In this document: positions 42,611 through 55,069 of the stretch, one piece after another
How positions within the stretch are numbered: position 1 is the stretch's first letter
Layout of the letters: every line of letters starts with the position of its first letter
From: an uncultured Chloroflexia bacterium
GTDB lineage: Bacteria; Chloroflexota; Anaerolineae; CG2-30-64-16
Length of the DNA stretch: 64,000 nucleotides
Reading direction: 5' to 3'
Assembly (NCBI GenBank): GCA_963774265.1
Contig: CAVZDU010000005.1
Span: 192,001 to 256,000 of the forward strand
Program-made: the position numbers and the translations under genes
Notes under the pieces: model-generated
Told to the model about the DNA's origin: nothing
Databases searched by the model: none
Seen by the model: the letters and a program-made list of their open reading frames with translations, nothing else

Positions 42611-45600
42611 CTACGCCGCGGTCGATTCCTTGGCCCGCTGCTTGGCTGCCGCGTCCGCGGCATGACGGGCAGCCCGCGCCTGGCGGGAACGCTCGAACCG
42701 CGCGAGCGCGCCCTCAACCAGGCTGTACGCCGTGGGCACCAGCAGCAGGGTCAGGATGGTCGAGGTGATCAGGCCGCCGATGACGGTGATGGCCATCGGC
42801 TGGCGGAAGTCGCTGCCGGAGCCCAGGCCGATCGCCACCGGCAGCATGCCCAGGATCAGCGCCAGCGTGGTCATCAGGATGGGGCGCAGCCGGATCGGGC
42901 CGGCAGTCGTGAGCGCCTGCGTGGATGTCCATGCCCCGCTGCCGCCGCATCTTGTTGGTCAGATCCACCAGCAGGATCGAGTTCTTGGTCACCAGGCCCA
43001 TCAGCAGGATCAGGCCGATCATGGCCGTCATGTCCAGCGGCATCTTGAAGACCAGCAGCGCCAGCAGGCCGCCGATGGCAGCCAGCGGCAGCGCCAGCAT
43101 GATGACCAGCGGCTGGATGAAGGAGCCGAACTGCGAGGCCAGCACCATGTAGACGAAGACGACCGCCAGCAGCATCGCGATGCCCAGCGCGCCGAAGGCC
43201 TCGTTCTGCAACTTCTGCTCGCCGGAGAACGCCCACGTGACGCCGGCCGGCATGGGCGTCTCCTCCAGGACCTGGGTCACGTCGGCCACCACGTCGGCTT
43301 GCACCCGGCCGAAGGTGTCGGCGCCGATGATCACCGCGGCTTGCCGGTCGACGCGGTTGATCTGCGTCGGGCCGCTGGCCTCTTCCATGTGCGCGATCTG
43401 GCGCAACGGCACGAAGCCGCGCGGCGTCGGCACCTGCAGGTCCAGGATCTGGTCGAGCTTCTGGCGGTCCGCTTCCTGGAGCTGCACCCGGATGTCGGCC
43501 TCGGCGCCTTCGCCGCGGAAGGTGGCCACCTCGTCGCCTTCCACCAACGTGCGGATGGTGCTGCCCACCGTGGCGATGTTGATGCCCAGGTCCGCGGCCT
43601 TGCGCCGGTCCACTACCAGCAGCACCTCAGGCTTGCCCGGTTGGTACGAGACGTCCATGTCCACCAGGCCCGGCACCTGCTTCAGTTGCTCGGCCAGCTC
43701 CAGGCTGAACTGGTTCAGCGTCGTCCGCGTCGCCGATGGTCTGCAGCGTGATCTGGATCGGCTTGCCCATGACGGAGGAGCCGCCGCGCGGCCATCGCGG
43801 TGAAGCTGCCGCCGCTGATCGACAGGCCGGGCACATCCGCCAACTCGCCGCGGGCCGTCGCCAGAAACTCCTCGATCGGATGGCCCTCCTTGAGATTAAT
43901 GTGAAATCTGGCCGTCTCAGGCGTGCCGCGGCCGCCGACGGTGGTCAGGACGGACTTGACTCGGCTCCAGCGCCAGCAGGCGGGTCTCCAGACCTCGCGG
44001 GCCTTCTGATCGGTCTGCGTCAGCGACCGTGCCCGGCGGCAGCGTGCAGCGCCACGTTGACGGCTGCCCTGATCGATCGATGGCACGAAGATCTGCTTCA
44101 GGAACGTCGCACCGTACACGGCTGGCCGCCAGGAGCGCGATGCCGAGCGCCAGCGTGACCAGCCGGTGGCGCAACGTCCAATCCAGCGAGCGCACGTATA
44201 GGCGTTCGAGCCAGCCCAGGCTGGCATGCTGCGATACCCGGATCCTCGGCATCCGCGACCGCGATCTTTGGCTTTCTGCTGCTTGAACAGGTAAGCCGAA
44301 AGCATCGGCGCGAAGGTCAGCGCCTCGACCAGCGAGATCAGCACCGCGATGCTGACCACCAGGCCGAAGGAGTTCAGGAACTTGCCGATCAGGCCGCCGA
44401 CGAAGGCGATGGGCAGGAAGACCGAGACGATGGTCAGCGACATGGCGACGCACCGGCATGGCCACCTCGGCGGTGCCCTCGCTGGATGCCTCCTTGGGCG
44501 TCTTGCCCATCTCCATGTGGCGGAAGATGTTCTCGCGCACCACGATGGCATCGTCGATGATCAGGCCGACCGAGAGCGACAGGGCCATCAGGGAGACGAT
44601 GTTGAGCGTCATGCCGCAGCGCCGACATGACGGCAAAGGTGCCCAGCAGGATGATGGGCAGGCCGGCCACCGTCACCAGGGTGTTGCGAAGATTGCGGAA
44701 GAAGACGAAAACGACCAGCGACGCCATCAGCGCGCCGATCAGCAGCTCGCGCATGGCGTCGTTGAAGCTCTGCCTGGACGAAGATCGATTGATCCTGGAC
44801 CGTCGACCAGGTTGAGATCCGGCCGTTCCGTGCCGAGTTCGGCCAGCGCCTTCTTCACCCGCTCGGCCACCTGCACGGTGTTCGTGCCCGACTGCTTGCG
44901 GACGGCGACGACCACGGCCTCCTGCCCGTCCAGCCGGCTGTAGGTGTCTTGCTCCTTCCAGCCGTCCTGCACCGTGGCGATATCGCCCACGCGCACCGCG
45001 CCGAGCGCCGTGGCGATCTGCAGGTTGGCCACGTCTTCGACCGTGTTGAAGTTGCCGGGCGTGCGCAGCAGGAGGTTCTGCCCGGCCTGCTGGACGCTGC
45101 CGCCCGGGATGCTGTAGCTCTCGGCGACGATGGTCTGCGATCACCTGCTGGGGCGCCACGCGGCGGGCCTTGAGCGCATTGGCGTCCAGCAAGACCTGGA
45201 TCTCCCGCTCGCGGCCGCCGGTCACGACCGCATCGGCGACGCCGTCGATGCGCTGCAGCCGGGGCAGCACATCCTCTGTGACCGTCAAGCGAACATCTGT
45301 CGCATGTTCCGCTCCGCCGGACTGGCCCGCAGGCCGTCCTGTGGATTGCCACCGAGATGCGCAGGATGGGCAGCGAGGACGGGTCGTAGGCCGTGACGGT
45401 GGGTTCGAGGACGTCGTCCGGCAGGTCGCTGCGCACGTTGGCGATCTTCTCGCGCACCTCCTGAAGCGCCACGCTTCGACGTCCTTGTCCAGGCTGAAGC
45501 TCACGATCACCATCGAGTAGCCTTCGCTGGAACGCGACTGCACCTCTTCCACGCCCGGCGCGGTGACCATCGCCTCTTCGATGGGCTTGGTCACCTGGGT

Positions 45601-45781
45601 CTCGACCTCGCCGGGGCCGGCGCCCGGATAGACGGTGATGACCGCCATGGTCGGGTAGGAGACATCGGGGAAGAAGTCCAGCGGCATGCCGGTGTACGCG
45701 ATCACGCCCAGCGACGACCAGCGCCAGCATGATCATGGTGATGAAGACCGGATTCCGGATCGAGATGTCCCAGAGTCGCAT
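42611..45781 (-). CDS. RND efflux transporter permease (AcrB/SwrC-like; many apparent frameshifts)
   Basis: [71 protein letters not shown]. Confidence 0.9.
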
Positions 45782-46961
45782 GTCTATTGCTCCATCAGCT
45801 CGACGGTGGCGAACATGCCGGGCTTGAGGTCCGCGGCGCCGTCACCGGTGGGCCGCACCGTCACCTGCACGGTGCGCGTGGCATGGTCGAACGTCGGCGC
45901 GATCTCCGAGACCTTGCCCTCGAAGGTGCGGTCGGCGTATGCATCCACGCGGATGACGACCGGCTGGCCCACGGACACATTCTGGTAGCGGGATTCTTCC
46001 ACCGGGATCACGATTTTCACTTCGTTGGCGAAGATGACCGCCAGGGCCGTGCCTGGCCCGGCCATCCCGCCCTCCACGGCATCCAGCTTATAGATGAAAC
46101 CGTCCGCGGGCGCCTCGACGTTGGTCTTGTCAAGCTGCAACTGCGCCAGGTAGACGGCGGCTTCGGCCTGCTTGACCCCGGCCTCCGCGGCCTTGATCTG
46201 GGCCGGCTCGGCGCCGCGCTGCAGCCGCGCCAGTTGGGCCTGGGCGCCGGTGAGCTGCAGCGTAGGCACCGGCGATCTGATCCGCGGTCGCGCCCTTCAG
46301 CACCTTGTCGTACTGCGCCTGCGCGGCCTCTTTAGCCAGGGTGGCCTGCTGCAACTTGCAGGCTCTCCAGCATCATCCCGGCAAACGGATTGCCGGCGAT
46401 GCGGTCGTACTGCGCCTGGTAGACCGATACCGCGGCCTCGGCCTGCCGGAGCTGGGCCAGCGCCATGCGCTTCTCTTCCTCGGTTGCGCCCTGCAGCGCG
46501 CGGTTGTAGGCCGCGCGCGGCCGCGCTTACCGCGGCCTGCGTCGCATCCAGATCGGTCTTCTGGGGCTGGGTCTTGGCCAGCTCGACCTGCGACTGAGCC
46601 AGCTCCAGCGCGGCCTGGGCCTGGGCGCGCTGCGCTTCCGCGACCGTGCTGTCGATGCGCACCAGGAGATCGCCCTTCTTGACGCTGTCGCCGACCGCGA
46701 TCTTGACCTCTTCGATCTGGCCGGCCACCTGGGCCACGACGGGCACGATGGCCTCGGCCATGATCTCGCCGTTGTAGGTCAGGCTCGCGGTGTCCAGCCG
46801 CTGCGTCTTCTCGCTGCCGCTCGAGGCCGTGCTGCTCGTCAGGGTGTCGGATGGCGTGCTGACGATGACCGGAGAGGGCGCCGGGACCGGCGTCGCGATC
46901 GCGGGCGCGGCCGGCTGGGCGTTTGGGCTGCTAACCCGATCAGCAGCTGAACAGCCCCCTA

Positions 46962-48081
46962 AGTAGGTAACAGAAAATTCGGGGCACTTCTTCGTTGCCT
47001 GATATACTGGGGTTACGGAGGGTGCCATGATCTATGTACGAACACCAACGGATGCTGAACTGCAAGAGCTCAAGCGAATGACCCGCCATGAGATCGGGCG
47101 GGTTAGCCAACGAGCGCAGATGGTTCTGCTCTCAGCGCAGCAGCGCACGGTGCCTGAGATCGCCGTCATCTTTGGCGTCAAGTACAAGACCGTGCGCAAA
47201 TGGCTCCGCCGCTTCAATGCGGCCGGGCCGGCCGGACTGTATGATGAGCCGCGCAGTGGGCGGCCGCGGACGCTGACCGACCGTGTCCGTGACACTTTGG
47301 TCGACATGAGCGAGCAGGATCCCGAGCAGTCGGACTATCCCGCGACCTTGTGGACGGTTGCGATGCTGGCCTTAGCCTTGGCCGAGAAGATCGGCGTGTA
47401 TCTGAGCCATAGCACCCTGCGTCAGACGCTGCATGCGGCCGGCCTGGCCTGGAGCCGCCCACGACTCGCCATGCCCCGCAAGACTGATCCGCAGAAGGCG
47501 GCCAAGCAGTGGGCAATAGTGCAGGCCGTGATTGGGGCTGGCCCAGCTGCAGTCGTGCTGTACGCCGACGAATCGCGCATCCAGATGCTACCGTTGATTC
47601 GAGCAATGTGGCATCGGCTGGGCCAGCAGATCCGTGTCCCGACGCCCGGCAGCAATCAGACGCGCAGCCTATTTGGAGCGCTCAACATTCGCACGGGCCA
47701 GTGGACGTGGTTGATCCGCGAGCATATGCACAAAGAAGACTTCATCACTTTCCTGGAACACCTGTTGACGGTGTATGCCAGCGGTCCGATCATTCTGATC
47801 GTCGATAACTACTCCAGCCATACGGCTAAGGCCATCGATGCCTGGCTGACTGAGCACCCGCGACTCCAGTTGCACTACCTGCCGAAGTACTGCTCGCATC
47901 TGAATCCGGTTGAGAACATCTGGCTGCGTCTCAAAGGCCAGACCGCCGCTGACCGCTTGTACGGTTCGCTGCATGGTCTGCTGGACGCCGTCACACGCTT
48001 CTTCGACCATATGACGCCAGCGATGGCGTTGACCTGGGCCAGTCTCGACTGAAAAGTGACCCGTACTTTTTGTGACATACT
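46962..48081 (+). mobile_element. IS630-family insertion sequence with TA target duplication (46960-61 and 48082-83) at a CTAG site
   Basis: Imperfect TIRs agtaggtaacagaaaattcggg vs (reverse complement) agtatgtcacaaaaagtacggg; flanks c-TA...TA-g. Confidence 0.93.
47027..48052 (+). CDS. IS630 family transposase, intact
   Basis: HTH TVRKWLRRFNAAGPAGL..PRSGRP; DDE motifs YADES, IVDNYSSH, LNPVENIW. Confidence 0.95.
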   Translation: MIYVRTPTDAELQELKRMTRHEIGRVSQRAQMVLLSAQQRTVPEIAVIFGVKYKTVRKWLRRFNAAGPAGLYDEPRSGRPRTLTDRVRDTLVDMSEQDPEQSDYPATLWTVAMLALALAEKIGVYLSHSTLRQTLHAAGLAWSRPRLAMPRKTDPQKAAKQWAIVQAVIGAGPAAVVLYADESRIQMLPLIRAMWHRLGQQIRVPTPGSNQTRSLFGALNIRTGQWTWLIREHMHKEDFITFLEHLLTVYASGPIILIVDNYSSHTAKAIDAWLTEHPRLQLHYLPKYCSHLNPVENIWLRLKGQTAADRLYGSLHGLLDAVTRFFDHMTPAMALTWASLD

Positions 48082-48184
48082 TAGAGCTACGGCCATTGCT
48101 GAGACGGTTAGCATCAGGGCCACGCCGCGCCAGCGAGGGCTCACTGGATTGACTCCGCTTGTGTGCATGCTGAACTCTTCCTCT

Positions 48185-49613
48185 CTACTGGCCCCAGCTC
48201 ACAACCTGTTCGGCCTGATAGTTGTATTCGATAGGGACGTCGACCGGCAGCAGACGTTGATTGCCACCGTCGGCATTCATCACCCAGAGCCGCCATTGGC
48301 CGCTCCGATTGCTCAGGAACACGATGCTCCGGCCATCCGGGCTCCAGGCCGGGCTGACGTTGTGCGGCAATGGCGAGGCGAGAGGGTCCGGATGGGTGAG
48401 TGCGGCCAGGCCCGAGCCATCGACGTTCACGGCAAAGATCTCCCAATGATCCTTCTCCTGGGAATGGAAGACCACGCGATCGCCGTCGACCTGCCCTGCG
48501 GGGTCCTGATACCGGAATTCGCCCGCGACCGCACGCATCTGACGGTCAAGCGAGGCAGTCTCGTTGACGCCGGTGGCGTCCTGGGTGATCTGGATGCCCG
48601 CCCCACCGTAGAAGTCAGCCGTACTCCCGTACAAGATACCTTGATCGGTCCAGCTGGGTGAAATGGCGTTGGGCTGCGTCGCCAGATCCTGGTAGCTACC
48701 GCCGTTAAGATCCACGCGAGCCAGACCCCGGCTGTCCGTCGTCACAAGCGGCAACCCATAGGGTGATGGGAGGTTGTACGGGAATTTGTCGGGAAAGCAG
48801 ATGATGTAACCGGCGTAGCGACAACGGTTTTCTCCGGTCACATGGCTGAACACGATTTTCTGGCCGTCGGGGCTCCAGGCCGGCGAGCGCAAAAGCTCTC
48901 CACGAGCCAGGATGCGTCGCTCGCCCCCGCCGTCGATGCCGATGAGATAAAGCCCTTGCTCGCCGGTATCGCGCCAGAAGACCACCGTACGGCCGTCAGG
49001 GCTGATGGCCGGGTCCGCGCCGGTTGTCAGTTGGCGCAGCGCGCTGCTGGCTAGGTCATAGACGTAGATCTTGCCGCCGCTCCGCTCCTGGAAAACCAGC
49101 TTGCCGGACAGGCCTGTTGCCGGAGCCTTGCTTTGCGCCGGTTTGCGGCTGCTGGTTGAGGTGCTGGCTGCAGGCGTGGCAGCAGGCTGCGCAGTCGGGC
49201 TCGCCGCACTTGTTACACTCGCGGCCGCGGGCTCTGTGAAGCCCTCGCGCACGGGCACATTGCTCACGCCGAAGATCACGACGCCGGCCGAGCTGACCCA
49301 GCCGGTCGCGCCGGTTTTGTTCGAGCCATAGAACCAGCGATTGTCGGACGTTCGGCCGCTGATCTTGAGAGTCGTGCCGCCCGGCATGTCGACGATGAGC
49401 ACCCCTGAACCGTCGTACAGGCCTGCGCCGCCGGCGCGCACCATCGCCAATGTCGTGCCGGTGTCTGGGTGGAGCGAACCTGCCGAGACGCCGCCGGCTG
49501 GAATCATAAAGAGGGAGAGAATCAGCAGGCCACCGAGCACGATGGGCGTCAACCGAAGACTTCGCTTGCCGGAGGCGCCGGTGCCCAGCCACTCGAGCGC
49601 GAGGGTGGGTCAT
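48185..49613 (-). CDS. Secreted protein: SH3-like domain, S/T/P linker and TolB-like (PD40) beta-propeller
   Basis: Signal-like hydrophobic segment, GRTSDNRW...GWVS, PAISPDG / PAWSPDG repeats; ATG at 49613 with AAGGA RBS (possible indel near 49555). Confidence 0.8.
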
Positions 49614-49854
49614 CTTTGTCCTTTCAGAATGAGGGTCCCACGCTGATTATAGTGCTCGCCAGCTTGCAGCGCATGTGTCGCGGGGAATGTCCCTCCCATG
49701 CCGGTAGACCTATTCGCGCAGCCAAAGGGCACATGACTCCAGGTGGGCTGCAGACTCTATCCTGCGGCATATTGTCGCGCCATTTCTGGGCGTGCTATAC
49801 TCGTCAAGACAAGTGTAGTTTGCGCCATGCCGATTTCAAGCTGAGGGAGCGTTC

Positions 49855-51136
49855 ATGTTCGCGCGGGCCAGACGGTGGCTTAATCCCTATCCCGATACGC
49901 CGGGGGCATTGCGCCTGAGCTTTGTCGCGGCGTATATCGGCGTGGTGGGCGCGCTGGTCGCGTACTCCAACTTCGTCAGCCCGTGCTACGAACCACTGCC
50001 ATCGGCGCGGCAATGGGTGACGATTGGCCTCCTGGTCATGATGCTGGTCGTCGAACGTTTCGAGCTGGCGCGGGACTCGCGGCCGCCATCGCGCGGTCTG
50101 GCCGTCGGACTGCTGATCCTCCGTATTGTGTTCGTACAAGGCGTCGTGATGCTCGACTGCACCGGGCTGGCGGTCTTGCTCTATGCCGTCGTGCCCTTCG
50201 CCGTCTTTTTCGTCCTGGGTCCTGGCATCAGCCACATCATCGAATTTGCCTACTGGTGCCTGGTGGCCATCCGGGCCTGGCAAGCGGGCGGCGCCGGCAT
50301 CAGATTGAGCCTGGATTCTCTCACGATCGTGGTGATCTTCACGCTGCTGCTGATTTTCGTGCACGTCATCGCGGGCCATATCGACCGGGATCAGCGGAGC
50401 AAGCAGCAGATGCGACAGTTGCTGGCTCAATTGGAAGCGTCCCACCGCCAGCTGCAGGCCTACGCGGGCCGGGTGGCCGAGCTGGCAGCCGCCGCGGAGC
50501 GCAACCGGTTGGCGCGGGACATCCACGACAGCCTGGGGCACTACCTGACGGCGATCAGCATCCAGCTGGAGAAGGCCCAGGCCTACCGGGAGCGCAACCC
50601 GGAGGAAGCGGATCGGGCCATCCGCGACGCCAAGCAGACCGCGCGCGAGGCGTTGCAGGACGTGCGCCAGTCGGTCAGCACGCTGCGCGACGCGGAAGAC
50701 CGGTTTTCTTTCCGGCAGTCGCTGGCCGAGCTGGTGGGACGGATGGACAGCGGTTCTCTTGAGATCGCCTGCAACGTCGAAGGGGATGAGGCGGACTATG
50801 CGGGTCCCGTGCTGGCCGCGCTCTACCGTGCGGCCCAGGAAGGCCTCACTAATGTCCAGAAGCACGCCCAAGCCCGGCACGTACAGCTGGATGTGCAGTT
50901 TGGTGAGGCGGACGCGTGCCTTAGGCTCCGCGATGACGGCGTGGGCTTCGACACGGGCGCACTGGCAGTAGGGCTGGGTCGCTCCGCGAGGCTCGTTCGC
51001 GGCTACGGCCTTCAAGGGCTCCAGGAGCGGCTGGAGCTGGTAAGGGGACAGATGCGTATCACCAGCGACTGCCCGAAGCGGCACGGAACTCACGATCATC
51101 ATTCCCAAATACGGGGCGCAGGTGGCGGCAATATGA
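49855..51136 (+). CDS. Membrane sensor histidine kinase (HisKA_3, NarX/DesK type); frameshift near 51075
   Basis: ERNRLARDIHDSLGH, QEGLTNVQKHA, DDGVGF, GYGLQGLQER; the alternate frame gives GTELTIIIPKY...AI* overlapping the next ATG. Confidence 0.88.
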
Positions 51137-51828
51137 GCGGACCTAACCTGACGAGCAGTCCGGACGCAACCAATGTGGTGACGGTCCTGGTTGTCGACGA
51201 TCAACGCCTGGTGCGGGAGGGCATTGCCTCACTGCTGGACATTCAGGCAGGCATCAGCGTGGTGGGCGAAGCCGTCAACGGCCAGGAAGCCATCGAAAAG
51301 GCGCTGGCATTGCGCCCCGACGTCATCCTGATGGACGTGCGGATGCCTGTGGTGGATGGCATCGTGGCCACCGGGCAGATCCACCGGCAGTTGCCCGAAT
51401 GCCAGGTGATCATGCTGACCACCTTCGACGACGAGGAATACATCGTCAAGTCACTGCGTGCGGGGGCGGTCGGCTACCTGCTGAAGGACATCCCGGCCTC
51501 CCAATTGGCGCGCGCGGTGCAACTGGCCCACAGCGGCATCTATCAGCTTGAGCCATCGGTCGCCGGCAAGTTGGTGGGTATGCTGAGCGACGCTCGCCCA
51601 GAGCGGACGCCCGCAGCGCCAGGCTTGCCGTTCGAAACCGATCTCACCGAGCGCGAATTGGAGGTGCTGCGTCTCATCGGCACCGGCGCCACCAACCGGG
51701 AGATCGCGGACAGGTTGGTGGTCAGCGAGGGCACGGTCAAGAATCACGTCTCCAGCATCCTCAGCCGGCTGGGTTTGCGCGACCGGACCCAGGCCGCGCT
51801 CTACGCGCACGAGCATGGGTTGATCTAA
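51133..51828 (+). CDS. NarL/LuxR family response regulator
   Basis: VLVVDDQ, ILMDVRMP, LTTF, GYLLKD, LTERELEVL...TVKNHVS. Confidence 0.93.
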   Translation: MSGPNLTSSPDATNVVTVLVVDDQRLVREGIASLLDIQAGISVVGEAVNGQEAIEKALALRPDVILMDVRMPVVDGIVATGQIHRQLPECQVIMLTTFDDEEYIVKSLRAGAVGYLLKDIPASQLARAVQLAHSGIYQLEPSVAGKLVGMLSDARPERTPAAPGLPFETDLTERELEVLRLIGTGATNREIADRLVVSEGTVKNHVSSILSRLGLRDRTQAALYAHEHGLI

Positions 51829-51884
51829 CGAAAATGGGCGCCGCCATATCGGCAGCGCCCAGCGGTGATTACCCCCCTAATGCG

Positions 51885-52952
51885 CTACTTCTCGATGCCC
51901 ATCACCTTGTACAGGCTGGCGAAGTCGAAGTGAGCGTTCAGCAGCTCTGTGAACCGTTCTATCTTCTGCGGTTGATGGAAACGACTCTTGCCAAAGAAGT
52001 TCTCGATGATCTCGATGCTGCTCAGCGTGTCAAGGCGGGTGAGCAGCACCGGCACGCACAACTCCTCCGCGCGGTTGATGACCGCCGGGCTGGGATAGAT
52101 GTGGCCGGTCAAGATCAGGCAGCGCGTCGAGGTCTCCAATGCAGCCAGCTGGATATCGGCGCGGTCGCCGCCGGTGATCACGGCCTTGTTCGGCTTTCGG
52201 CGGAAGTAAGTCAGCGCACTCTCGACGCTCATTGCGCCCACCAGCATGTGCTCGACCAGCTCGTCGCTGCACTCTGATGAGCACAGGAGCTCCGCGTTCA
52301 GTCCTTCCGCCAGCTCCTTGACACTCGGCGCCGAAAGCATGTTTTCCTTGGGCAAGACGCCGAAGGTGCGGATGCCGCGGCGGGTAAAGTAGGGCACGAC
52401 GACCTCTTGAATGAACTCCTGCTGGCCCTTGGGCACCTCGTTGATGACCACGCCGACCATGTTCTTCCCGAAGTAGTTCTGACCGGTCATGGCGCGATCG
52501 TACAGCAGGGTGTCATCGTACCGGATGACTTCGATCACCTGCGCGTCCACCAGTTCCACGACCTTCTTGGGCGGCAAGCCGGCCACGTAGCCTTCGCGCA
52601 GGCTGCGGCCACCTTCCATGATCAGGACGTCGCGGCCCTCAGACATCTTCGCAAAGGCTTCCATCAGCTTCGGCTGGTAGTCCACTTCCGGGCCGCGGAG
52701 CTGCTGCTCCAACTTGGACGGGGTGAGCGCTACGGGCGAGATCAGCTCGGCCGGCTCAGGCATGCTGTAGACCTGCTTGGCGAAGACCACATCTTCGTCG
52801 TATGGCATACCTTCCCGGATGGGAACGTTGACGTTGATAGGCTTCATGTAGCCGGCCTTGAGCCCATCCTTGCGGAACTGCATGCCCAGGCCAACGCACA
52901 GGGCCGACTTGCCCGAGTAGGTCTCGGCGGAAGTAATGTATAGTGTCTTCAT
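51885..52952 (-). CDS. Phosphotransacetylase N-terminal-like protein (BioD-like P-loop + DRTGG domain)
   Basis: YSGKSA, GYMKP, IMEG, VGAM, ITGGDRADIQLAAL. Confidence 0.88.
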   Translation of the reverse strand: MKTLYITSAETYSGKSALCVGLGMQFRKDGLKAGYMKPINVNVPIREGMPYDEDVVFAKQVYSMPEPAELISPVALTPSKLEQQLRGPEVDYQPKLMEAFAKMSEGRDVLIMEGGRSLREGYVAGLPPKKVVELVDAQVIEVIRYDDTLLYDRAMTGQNYFGKNMVGVVINEVPKGQQEFIQEVVVPYFTRRGIRTFGVLPKENMLSAPSVKELAEGLNAELLCSSECSDELVEHMLVGAMSVESALTYFRRKPNKAVITGGDRADIQLAALETSTRCLILTGHIYPSPAVINRAEELCVPVLLTRLDTLSSIEIIENFFGKSRFHQPQKIERFTELLNAHFDFASLYKVMGIEK

Positions 52953-52977
52953 ATTATTCAGCGCTCCTGATACTAGA

Positions 52978-55069
52978 CTACTTTAACGCGAGCCGCATGT
53001 CAATTCCCAAAACGCCGCGGCCCTGCTCAAACACCATCAACGGATTGATGTCGAGCTCGACGATCTCGGGAAAATCGGTGACCAGTTGGGAGATGCGCAG
53101 CAGGGTCTCTACAATGGCTGGGCGGTCTGACGGTTTCTCGCCGCGGACACCGCGCAACAGCCTGTAGGAGCGAATCTCGTCCAGCATTTCGGTGGCCTGG
53201 CGCCGGTCGATGGGCGCCACACGGAAGGTGACGTCCTTCAGCGCTTCCACATAGATGCCGCCCAGACCGAACATAATCAGGGGACCGAACTGCGGGTCAC
53301 GGTTCACACCAATGATGACCTCGCGGCCGCCCTTGACCATCTGCTGAATCTGGCAGCCCCAGATGGTGGCGTCGGGCATGAAGCGCTTCGCCCGGTAGAC
53401 TAGCAGGTCGAACGCATCGCGCACTTCCGTCGCCGAGGTGATGTTCAGCTTGATGCCGCCGATGTCCGATTTGTGCAGGATGTCTGGCGAAGCGATCTTC
53501 ATGACGACCGGATAGCCGATTTGCTCGGCCATGGTCACTGCCTCATCGGCTGTGGCAGCCACGCCCGATTTTGGCAGCGGGATGCCGTACGCCTCGAGCA
53601 CCTCGCGTGCCTCCGAATCGCCCATCGTGACCCGGCCATCGGCCCGCGCCGCAGCGAAGAGCGCGGCGACTTTTTCTTTATTGGCCTCGAAAGATTCCAC
53701 CTGCAAGGGCGGCGTATTCAGCCAGTTCCGGTGATCACGCATGGCCGCAATCGCCTTCACAGCGCGCTCGGGCACCTGGTAGTTCGGCACGTCGTACGAG
53801 CGGAGCACCTGCACGCCCTTGGCGATCGCGAGGTCTCCCATGAAGCAGCCGAATACCGGCTTGCCGTACTTCTTGGAGATCGTGCCCAGCGCCTCCGCAG
53901 TTTCGGGGATTTGCGTCATCGTCTGGGGGGTCAGCACGACCATCAGCGCGTTGACGTTCGGGTCGGCCAATACGTAGTCGATCGCCATCGCGTAGCGGTC
54001 CGCATAGCGCGTCGCCCAACACGTCAACCGGGTTGGCCACGCTGGCGGCCGCGGGCAGCTTGGCCTGCAGCGCCTGTTTGGTCTCGTCAGTCAACGAAGC
54101 CAGGCGCAGGCCGGCGTGCTCGAGCGCATCTGAAGCCATGATGCCGGGGCCGCCAGCGTTGGTGATGACGCCGATGGCATCACCCTTGATCAGGGGCTGG
54201 CGCGCGAAGGCCTGCGCGATGTCGAACAGGTCCTGCACCGATTCGGCGCGGATGATGCCCGACTGCTTGAAGGCGGCATCGTATGAGGCTTCCGAGCCGG
54301 CCAGGCTACCGGTGTGCGACGAGACGGCCTTCGAGCCGGCGCTGGTGGTGCCTGATTTGATCGCGATGATCGGCTTGTGACGGGTCACTTCGCTGGCCAT
54401 GCGGATGAACTCGGGGCCGTTGGTAATGCCTTCGAGATAGGCCATGATGGCGCGCGTCTCGTCGTCCTGGGCCCAGGTGGTAATCAGGTCCAGCTCGTTG
54501 ATGTCAGCCTTGTTGCCGATGCTGTAGAAGCGGGAGAAGCCGATGCCCTGGCCCAGGGCCATGTCCAGGATCGAGGTGCAGAGCGCACCCGACTGGGACA
54601 TGAACGCGATTTTGCCGCGGCGGGGCATGCCCGCGGCGAACGATGCGTTCAGCTTGATGACGGTGTCGATGATGCCCAAGACGTTCGGGCCGATCAAGCG
54701 TATGCCATACTGCTTGGCGATATCGACCACCTGCTGCTGAAGGACCCTGCCCTGTGGGCCGGCCTCGCGGAACCCGGCAGTGATGATCACTGCGCCCTTG
54801 AGTCCGCGTTGTCCGCACTGCTCAATTACGCCCGGTACGACTTTGTTCGGCACCAGAATGACCGCCAGGTCGACCGGGTCAGGGCATTCCAATACGGATG
54901 GATACGCTTTCTTCCCCAGGATCTCTGGCGCCGTGGGGTTGACCGGGTAAATCCCGCCTTCGTAGCCGTACTGGATTACGTTGTTGAGGACTTGGTACCC
55001 CAGCTTTGCGGGGTCCGTGGACGCGCCAATGACAGCAACGCCCCCAGGTTCGGTGAACATTTCGAGCAT
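52978..55069 (-). CDS. acdAB: Acetate/acyl-CoA ligase (ADP-forming), fused alpha-beta (frameshift near 54015)
   Basis: VAVIGAS, IGPNVLG, SQSGA, SSHTGSLAG (phospho-His), NPVDVLGDA, SPDILHKSD, ELDINP. Confidence 0.9.

Larger units (their letters stand above)
45784..48168 (-). pseudogene. RND periplasmic adaptor (HlyD/MFP) lipoprotein interrupted by IS630
   Basis: Removing the IS restores ...VSAMAVAL|GGCSAAD (lipobox). Downstream VAGQIEEVKIAVGDSVKKGDLLVRID, EAPADG, LKPGMFA. Confidence 0.85.

Noticed and set aside
49855-51828. 657-aa ORF suggesting a hybrid histidine kinase-response regulator fusion
   Set aside because: Another frame near 51080 gives the normal kinase end (GTELTIIIPK...*) with an ATGA overlap onto the regulator start at 51133. 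One indel explains the apparent fusion.
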